Positions 26,046-32,000 of a stretch of DNA of 32,000 nt are shown here, in pieces. Location: assembly GCA_028710695.1 (NCBI GenBank), contig JAQTTP010000001.1, positions 180,001 to 212,000 on the forward strand, read 5' to 3'. The notes beneath the pieces are model-generated. The model was not told the origin of the DNA and made no database searches. It was given only the letters and a program-made list of their open reading frames with translations. Source of the DNA: Candidatus Iainarchaeum sp. (GTDB lineage Archaea > Iainarchaeota > Iainarchaeia > Iainarchaeales > 0-14-0-20-30-16). Positions within the stretch are counted from its first letter, which is position 1; each line of letters opens with the position of its first letter. Both the position numbers and the translations under genes were made by a program.

Positions 26046-26570
26046 TTATTTCAGAACTTTTCTTGCTAGTTTTGCTCTTTTTACTCTAAATATTTCTCTG
26101 CGTTCTTTTTCTTCTGCTCTCTTTACATTATCCTCACGAAACCCTACTCCTGGGCGGGCAGAAAGAGAAAAGTTTTGTCTTAGTTCGATTATTTCTGAAT
26201 GGGGAAATAAATACCGCATAGACATTTCTGCGCTATACATACAAATTTCTTTATAATGCCCAGCAACTAGAACTTTATTTGGTTTTATTTGGTGCTGTTC
26301 TAATAAGTCTCTTATTTTTGTAGTCCATCCTCCATTGCCAAGAATTTGAATTGGAACTGGGGCTCTGATTTTATCAATAATTTCTTTTGGTGCCTCAGAA
26401 CTACTATATCCAAAAAGAACAGGCAAGTTATGTCTGTTTGCAAATCTAATAAGAGCAAGCATTTTATTGTTGTGATTCTCTATTGCTTTTTTAGTTGCTT
26501 TGCTTGGCTCCTCTGCATTCCACCATCTTGCAGGAGAATGAACAATAAATATTATTGGCCCAGAGTACAT
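26046..26570 (-). CDS. 'VHSP' paralog A, uncharacterised; possible isochorismatase-like/Rossmann-type hydrolase
   Basis: 'MYSGPIIFIVHSP', 'KVLVAGHYKEICMYSAEMSMRYLFPHSEIIELR'; similar to the two ORFs at 26575-27105 and 27853-28437. Confidence 0.65.
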   Translation of the reverse strand: MYSGPIIFIVHSPARWWNAEEPSKATKKAIENHNNKMLALIRFANRHNLPVLFGYSSSEAPKEIIDKIRAPVPIQILGNGGWTTKIRDLLEQHQIKPNKVLVAGHYKEICMYSAEMSMRYLFPHSEIIELRQNFSLSARPGVGFREDNVKRAEEKERREIFRVKRAKLARKVLK

Positions 26571-26574
26571 ATAT

Positions 26575-27105
26575 TCACCTTAAAACCTCTCTTGTTAATG
26601 GTCTTCTTGAAACTCCTAATGAGTCCTTAGTTCTTCGTTCTTTTTCTAAAGTTTCTTTACACATTATTCCACGGCCAACCATGTGGTGTACAGTATAATT
26701 TCCGTTTAGTTCTATTATTCTTGTGTGTGGGAATAATTGTCTTAAATCTTCCTCAACATTTTTTACGCACCATTCCCTATAATGCCCCCCAACAATAAAT
26801 TTAGTAGGGGTTATATTGTGCTCTTCAAATTTTCGTTTTATTTCTTCCTTCCAGAGGTATGCAGATAAAGATAAATCAACAGGAATTGCGTCTTTAACTA
26901 AATCTCTGAACCATGGAACTTTTTGAATTCCATAACCATAAACTAATAGAATTTTTCTTTTTTTTGCAAGAGCGATTAATTTTAAAATTAGTTTACTGTG
27001 TGAGAGCTTTGCTGTTCTTTCGGATTCTGTATTTCGCCAAAGATCATCATTGTCTGCAACAAGCGGGGAATGTACTATGAAGATTACTGGGCCAGTATAA
27101 GCCAT
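26575..27105 (-). CDS. 'VHSP' paralog B, uncharacterised
   Basis: 'MAYTGPVIFIVHSPLVADND', 'KFIVGGHYREWCVKNVEEDLRQLFPHTRIIELNG'. Confidence 0.65.
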   Translation of the reverse strand: MAYTGPVIFIVHSPLVADNDDLWRNTESERTAKLSHSKLILKLIALAKKRKILLVYGYGIQKVPWFRDLVKDAIPVDLSLSAYLWKEEIKRKFEEHNITPTKFIVGGHYREWCVKNVEEDLRQLFPHTRIIELNGNYTVHHMVGRGIMCKETLEKERRTKDSLGVSRRPLTREVLR

Positions 27106-27106
27106 G

Positions 27107-27799
27107 CTATCTCCTTCTAAGGTGTGGAAGGAATGGCGTGCCTTCTGCCCTCTTTACTGGTATTTCAATGAAGTTTCTTGGCCTCTCTTCTCTTGGTGCA
27201 GTTTGGCGTCTTGGAACTGGCAGTTCTCTTTCTACTGTTCTTCTTCCTTCTATTACTGCCCTTGCAAACGGGTATCCACCGTAATTTGCCTGTCTTCTGA
27301 TTATGTGGCTTTGTATGTGGCGCTTTGGAATACTTGTTCTATTTGCAATTCTTACTGCTAATAAGTCAGCAAATAGCTCGTCAGCCATATGGTATGGCAA
27401 TCCAATTCTTTTAGTATATCTGTATGCTGTTGTTGGTAATACTATATGTGAATATTCGTGTAATAAGGTCATAACTCCAGCAGGGTTTAAGTTGTTTCCT
27501 TTAAATAAGTGCTCAGATGGAACTCTAATTGCGGATTCAAGGTGTGGAACTCTCATTCCATTTGATTCTTCTATGAAAGATCTTTTTACATTTTCTCCAA
27601 ATGTAACTCCAGATTCATTAGCAGAAAGATAGTGCCCTTCTCTGAAATGTATTGGAAGCAGAACAACATTCCTCAAGACGTGACCAAGCATAAGCCTTAT
27701 GTGTGGGTTTGCTTCGCGATCGTACATTTTTCTTAGAGAAGTGGCAAGCCTTACTCTAAAAACATTAAAATTCGTAATCTGTTGAGAAGTTAATACCAT
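27107..27799 (-). CDS. Putative HExxH zinc metallopeptidase-like protein
   Basis: 'VMTLLHEYSHIVLPTTAYRYTKRIGLPYHMADELFADLLAVRIANR' (HExxH with downstream DE..AD). Confidence 0.65.
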   Translation of the reverse strand: MVLTSQQITNFNVFRVRLATSLRKMYDREANPHIRLMLGHVLRNVVLLPIHFREGHYLSANESGVTFGENVKRSFIEESNGMRVPHLESAIRVPSEHLFKGNNLNPAGVMTLLHEYSHIVLPTTAYRYTKRIGLPYHMADELFADLLAVRIANRTSIPKRHIQSHIIRRQANYGGYPFARAVIEGRRTVERELPVPRRQTAPREERPRNFIEIPVKRAEGTPFLPHLRRR

Positions 27800-27852
27800 G
27801 TAGATAAAAGGAAAAGAAGGTATTTATTTTTTGCTATTTTATGTGTGCAAAA

Positions 27853-28437
27853 TTATTTTAATATTTTTCTTGCTAGAACTGCTCTTCTTATTCCTAATTT
27901 TTGTCTTTCTTCCGTATGCTTTTTTTTCAAATCACAAAAATGGCGGTTAGTTTCAACTTTAGAATAAGAAGAATGCCCCCTGAGCTCAACAATTTGTGAT
28001 TTTGGAAATAACTTCCTTAATATTTTTTGAACTCTTTCCATGCAAATTTCTCTATACCATCCGCCCATAATTATCTTTGATGGCCTTATTTCGTGTTGTT
28101 CAATTGCGGATAAAATATTTCTTTCCCATTCTACGTTCAAATGATTCTCAGGATTAGGCGAAAAGTCCAATGCATACTTCATTTCTTGGAGCTCTGTAAT
28201 TATTGGTTTGTTGCAAGAACCGATAAGTGTTTTATGTCTTTGTCCATCTCGAAATTCCCATCTTGAGAATTGATAATAATCTCCAACCCCGAAGATAACT
28301 GGAATATTGTATTTATTTGCAAATTCAACAAGTCGAAACATTCTTTTTTCGTGTTCTAATTCTCCTCTTGTGACTGTTCTAGAAGTGGGGGGTAATGGAG
28401 AATGAACAATAAAGATAACCGGGCCAGTATAGACCAT
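27853..28437 (-). CDS. 'VHSP' paralog C, uncharacterised
   Basis: 'MVYTGPVIFIVHSPLPPTS', 'KIIMGGWYREICMERVQKILRKLFPKSQIVELRG'. Confidence 0.65.
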   Translation of the reverse strand: MVYTGPVIFIVHSPLPPTSRTVTRGELEHEKRMFRLVEFANKYNIPVIFGVGDYYQFSRWEFRDGQRHKTLIGSCNKPIITELQEMKYALDFSPNPENHLNVEWERNILSAIEQHEIRPSKIIMGGWYREICMERVQKILRKLFPKSQIVELRGHSSYSKVETNRHFCDLKKKHTEERQKLGIRRAVLARKILK

Positions 28438-28447
28438 ATCATTCTCC

Positions 28448-29482
28448 TTACTTTACATATGCAAATACCTGTACTATTTCTCCCCTATACAAATATCCTG
28501 AAATTGTAAATCGTGTTGGGATTTCTGGATTTAGATCATAAGGTACAATAACATCAACATTTTGGTCGTAAGTGTATGTTTGACTATTATAATCAATAGA
28601 ATTTACAAATATTTTTCCAGATTTTGTTGCTTTGAAGCTATTATAATCTTGTAAGAATAACCCTACTTTATCATTAGCTTCTGTTGTTGTGATTTTTGTA
28701 TAATTTATATTGTTGTCTGGAATTATTTCATAATTATAGTCTGAAAAATAAGTTTTTACTAAATCTTCTGAAACATTTACATCTGGTGCGTAAATATTTG
28801 TTTCTAGGCTTAGATCCAAGATGTCTACATCTTTTTCATTTGAAAATAAAATTGGCTGCGCGCTGAAGTTGTATACTTCATAAGCAAATATTTGTATTGG
28901 GATGCCTTTTTGTAACATTACTTCAAATCTTGCTGTTATACTGTCATTTTCTAGTGTGCTTGTCTCGGTAATTATTTTTAATTCAGTATATCCCAAGTCA
29001 TAATCTAAAGTTTTATTTGAATCTTTTGCAACCATATGTATTGGATTTGTAAAAGACAGAATTTGTGTTGGGTAAAGCTGATAAGTTTCAAAAGTGTTGT
29101 TTAATGATTCTATAAAATTCATGTCATATTCTTTTTCTTTTAATTTTATATTTGCAACATAAGCAATCTTGCTGTTTTCAGTGTTATAGTTGCTAGAAAT
29201 AATGTATTTTACTAAGCTTAAATCTCTTATGCTATTGTCTAATTTTGTTATATCAAGTTCGTTTGTGTCTGCAATTATTAGTATTTCGTCAGATCTTTCT
29301 TTTATAATTCCGTTTAGATCCGCATAATATGCCTCTTTTATGTCTGGCTCTTTATAATCAACCGTGGGTAAAGCATCGCTGTCCTCTTTGTCTCCCCAAC
29401 CAATAAAAGAAACACCAATTACTGATGCAAGCATAATAACAATAACAAAAATACTCAAAATCTGTGCAGTAGTTACTTTCAT
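28448..29482 (-). CDS. Membrane-anchored extracytoplasmic protein of unknown function
   Basis: Single N-terminal hydrophobic segment 'AQILSIFVIVIMLASVIGVSFIGW', then Asn/Thr/Asp-rich soluble region. Confidence 0.6.
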   Translation of the reverse strand: MKVTTAQILSIFVIVIMLASVIGVSFIGWGDKEDSDALPTVDYKEPDIKEAYYADLNGIIKERSDEILIIADTNELDITKLDNSIRDLSLVKYIISSNYNTENSKIAYVANIKLKEKEYDMNFIESLNNTFETYQLYPTQILSFTNPIHMVAKDSNKTLDYDLGYTELKIITETSTLENDSITARFEVMLQKGIPIQIFAYEVYNFSAQPILFSNEKDVDILDLSLETNIYAPDVNVSEDLVKTYFSDYNYEIIPDNNINYTKITTTEANDKVGLFLQDYNSFKATKSGKIFVNSIDYNSQTYTYDQNVDVIVPYDLNPEIPTRFTISGYLYRGEIVQVFAYVK

Positions 29483-29579
29483 AATAAAATCACCAAATTA
29501 GCCTTATTTAATCTATAATTGTGAAATGTATTTAAAGCTTAACTCGCTTTTTTATATGATTTTTATGCAGTTAAAGAAT

Positions 29580-30134
29580 ATGAATATTATAATTTGTGGG
29601 CTGGTTGCAACAGGAAAGTCTTCTTTAGCAAGAAAAATTGCAAAAGACTTCAAAATGGATTATATTTCAAGTTCTACTATTTTGAAAGGGGATATGGGCT
29701 TTAATTATGTAAAGGAGAAGGCATTTTGGGACAAAAAAGGGCTTTCTTTGTTTAAGGATAGAGAAAAAAAAGATTTTGACAAGAAAGTGGACAAATTACA
29801 GTTAGGGCTTGCAAAAGAAGGTGGAAAGGTATTTGATACTTGGGCATTGGGCTGGCTTTACAAAGGAAAGGCAATAAAGGTTCTTCTTTTTGCATCTGAT
29901 TCAGTGCGTATTAGTAGGTTAATGGGTAGAGATAAAATAACTAAAGCGGAAGCATTAAAGGCAATGAAGGAAAGAGATACAAAGAATGAAAAGTTATTTA
30001 GGCGGCTGTATGGAATTGAGGTAACAAAGGATCGGAGCCCGTTTGATCTTATTGTGAACACAGATTATTTGACCGAAGAAGAAGTACATAAAATGTTGAA
30101 GACTTATTTGTCTAAAGCTTTGAAAACATTGTGA
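29580..30134 (+). CDS. Archaeal cytidylate/adenylate-kinase-like P-loop nucleoside monophosphate kinase
   Basis: 'MNIIICGLVATGKSSLARKIAKDFKMDYISSSTILKG' (GxxxxGKS); 'AEALKAMKERDTKNEKLFRRLYGIEVTKDRSPFDLIVNTDYLTEEEV'. Confidence 0.85.
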   Translation: MNIIICGLVATGKSSLARKIAKDFKMDYISSSTILKGDMGFNYVKEKAFWDKKGLSLFKDREKKDFDKKVDKLQLGLAKEGGKVFDTWALGWLYKGKAIKVLLFASDSVRISRLMGRDKITKAEALKAMKERDTKNEKLFRRLYGIEVTKDRSPFDLIVNTDYLTEEEVHKMLKTYLSKALKTL

Positions 30135-30772
30135 TGTTTATGGCGTATTTTGTAAAGTCTTTTGAAAAAGATTTTGTTTTGAAAACAATAAAAGACAAAA
30201 AGAAAGTTGATTTCCAAACTGTAGATAATGTTTTGACCACTAAAGCCCTGTTGCCAAATACTTTGAGCTTTGGAAAGACAAAAAGATTGGCTTGTAGTTA
30301 TATTGATAAAAATTACCTGAAAACTTATAGGTCACAAGGATTGATATTTGAAACAAAACAAAAACCAGACCAAGTTTATCCATTTGATCTTGTGGTTCTA
30401 ACTAATGCAAATAAATTAGTTGTGCAATATTATAGAATTGAAAATAATTTGCATGAATATTATGGGCACGAATTGCTGTCCGGATTTGAAAAGTTTATGT
30501 TTGGAGACCCACAAACAATGATTAAAAAAATAATTTCTCCAAAGAATGCTTTAGAACTAGTAAATGCTTTTAGAAAAAAGCATGGATTTAAGCTCTTAAG
30601 TAAAGCACAATTTAAGCTTGTAGAATATAATGAAATGATTTTTAATAAGCCAATAAACATAAAGCCAGTTGCAATATGTGGGTATACAAAATTATCAAAA
30701 GAAATTGCAAAGAAATATTCCTTGCCGCATTTTAGAAATGTAAAAGAGTTTTATAATAAAACTAGCAAGTAG
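30131..30772 (+). CDS. Hypothetical protein (213 aa)
   Basis: Overlaps the kinase stop by 4 nt, suggesting translational coupling; no family motif recognised. Confidence 0.55.
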   Translation: MMFMAYFVKSFEKDFVLKTIKDKKKVDFQTVDNVLTTKALLPNTLSFGKTKRLACSYIDKNYLKTYRSQGLIFETKQKPDQVYPFDLVVLTNANKLVVQYYRIENNLHEYYGHELLSGFEKFMFGDPQTMIKKIISPKNALELVNAFRKKHGFKLLSKAQFKLVEYNEMIFNKPINIKPVAICGYTKLSKEIAKKYSLPHFRNVKEFYNKTSK

Positions 30773-30823
30773 GGCAAGAATAAATTGGGCTTATAGGGTC
30801 AGGACAGCGTTAGTTAAGTCGCT

Positions 30824-32000
30824 TTAGCTGATCAATTCCTTGGTTACACCAATAATACTTGTTCCTCTTGTGTTCTTGGTTATTCCTAGAACATAGTCAC
30901 AAAGCTTGATTGTTTCTGTATTGTGAGAAATAATTAGAATCTGTGTGGTCTTTGAAAGCTCTTTGATTAGTTTTACTACTTTGTCTGTGTTTTGATAATC
31001 TAATGCGGCATCTATTTCATCAAGTAAATAAAAGCTTGCCGGTTTGTGCTGTAAAATTGCTAATATAAACGCAATTGATACAAGGGCTTTTTCTCCACCC
31101 GATAGGCTTTGTAAATTTTTCTTTGATTTTTTGCTTGAGATTGTGATTTTTACTCCAGCTAAATCTAGATCTTTGTCAGTTAAAACTAAATCTCCAGTTC
31201 CAAGTCCAAGTTCAGAAACGTTTTTTATAAAAATTTCTTTTATTGAGTTGAAATTAGACATAAATGTGGTAGTTTTTTCTAGAATTATTTTATCTAATAG
31301 TTCAGAAACTTTTGATTTTTCTTCTTCTAGCTTTTTGATTTTTTCCTCAATTTCTGAAACTTCTTTTAATAAATTATTGTAATCTTCAATTGCTTTGTGG
31401 TTTACTGGGCCCAGGGTGTTGATTTGCTCTTCTGCCGTATTTAATTCTGCTTTTAAAAGGTGTAATGCTTTGCTTGCTTCTTTTGTGTGGGCCTCAATAA
31501 TGAATCCTTTGTTATTTCTTACAAAGCTTTCAATTTCTTCTTCATGTTCTTTTAGTAATTGTGTTTTTGACTTTGTCTCAGATTCTCCAATTTCAATGTG
31601 ATTTTTGTTTATTATTATATTGCTCTTTAATTCTGCTATTTTTTTGTTATTAGTCTGAATTAATTCTTCTAAACTTTGCTTTTTTTGTTTTATTTTTTCA
31701 TGCCTTGCTTTTTCAGAATTTAAGCTTGCCTTTTCTTCGACTAACTCTGAATTTAGAGAATTAATTTTCTCTTTTATTTTTAATTCTTCTTTGTTTTTTT
31801 CCTCAATTTGTTTTTCTATTTTTTTAATTTCTTTTTTATGAACATCAATTAGTTCTGTTTTGTATTTTATTTCTTCTTTTATTTTTTCGATTTCAATTTT
31901 CTTATTATTTATTTCTTCTTGCATTTTTTGTTGTTGTTTTACTGTGTTCAATTCTTTTTTTACTTTTTCAATTTCTGTAAGTATATTTTTTCTTTTATTT
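30824..32000 (-). CDS. smc: SMC-family chromosome segregation ATPase, C-terminal part (gene continues beyond window)
   Basis: Long coiled coil, signature 'NLQSLSGGEKALVSIAFILAI', Walker B 'FYLLDEIDAALD'. Upstream codons (...NKRKNILTEIEKVKKEL) remain open to base 32000, so the track start at 31951 is not the real start. Confidence 0.9.
   Translation of the reverse strand, partial: NKRKNILTEIEKVKKELNTVKQQQKMQEEINNKKIEIEKIKEEIKYKTELIDVHKKEIKKIEKQIEEKNKEELKIKEKINSLNSELVEEKASLNSEKARHEKIKQKKQSLEELIQTNNKKIAELKSNIIINKNHIEIGESETKSKTQLLKEHEEEIESFVRNNKGFIIEAHTKEASKALHLLKAELNTAEEQINTLGPVNHKAIEDYNNLLKEVSEIEEKIKKLEEEKSKVSELLDKIILEKTTTFMSNFNSIKEIFIKNVSELGLGTGDLVLTDKDLDLAGVKITISSKKSKKNLQSLSGGEKALVSIAFILAILQHKPASFYLLDEIDAALDYQNTDKVVKLIKELSKTTQILIISHNTETIKLCDYVLGITKNTRGTSIIGVTKELIS

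Noticed and set aside
27104-27632. Plus-strand ORFs at 27104-27361 and 27303-27632
   Set aside because: Antisense to the HExxH gene; Cys/Trp-rich composition typical of antisense reading frames.
30773-30823. Possible small RNA or tRNA between the 30131-30772 gene and smc
   Set aside because: Short, and I could not build a cloverleaf or convincing hairpin.
1-32000. CRISPR array, transposase, integrase or prophage signature
   Set aside because: No regularly spaced direct repeats, transposase motifs (DDE, HUH, tyrosine recombinase) or phage structural genes were seen in my reading.

Overview
The window looks like a chromosomal segment of an AT-rich, DPANN-like archaeon (Woesearchaeota/Pacearchaeota-type gene content; this lineage call is inference). 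Archaeal informational genes support this: PriL, LonB, an exosome Csl4-like subunit, RpoL, an archaeal NAC, two sliding clamps, an archaeal-type signal peptidase, an SMC C-terminus, and a tRNA-Gly(CCC) split by a 150-nt bulge-helix-bulge intron. The most notable items are: (1) a stand-alone, minimal [FeFe]-hydrogenase H-cluster domain protein at 12437-13528, with all three signature loops and no extra Fe-S domains. (2) Four membrane-anchored, LivK-like substrate-binding proteins with no visible ABC permease or ATPase, each divergently paired with its own regulator (two TrmB-like, two internally duplicated Lrp-like), with 14-17 nt palindromes in three of the four divergent regions. (3) A run of three paralogous 'GPVIFIVHSP...GxYREIC' proteins interleaved with an HExxH metallopeptidase-like protein (26046-28437), a candidate uncharacterised system. 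(4) Two adjacent, strongly diverged PCNA genes. (5) A possible divergent RelA/SpoT-like domain. Two genes that run off the window edges (1-789 minus and 30824-32000 minus) are missing or truncated in the supplied ORF track. All family calls come from reading motifs, not from database searches.
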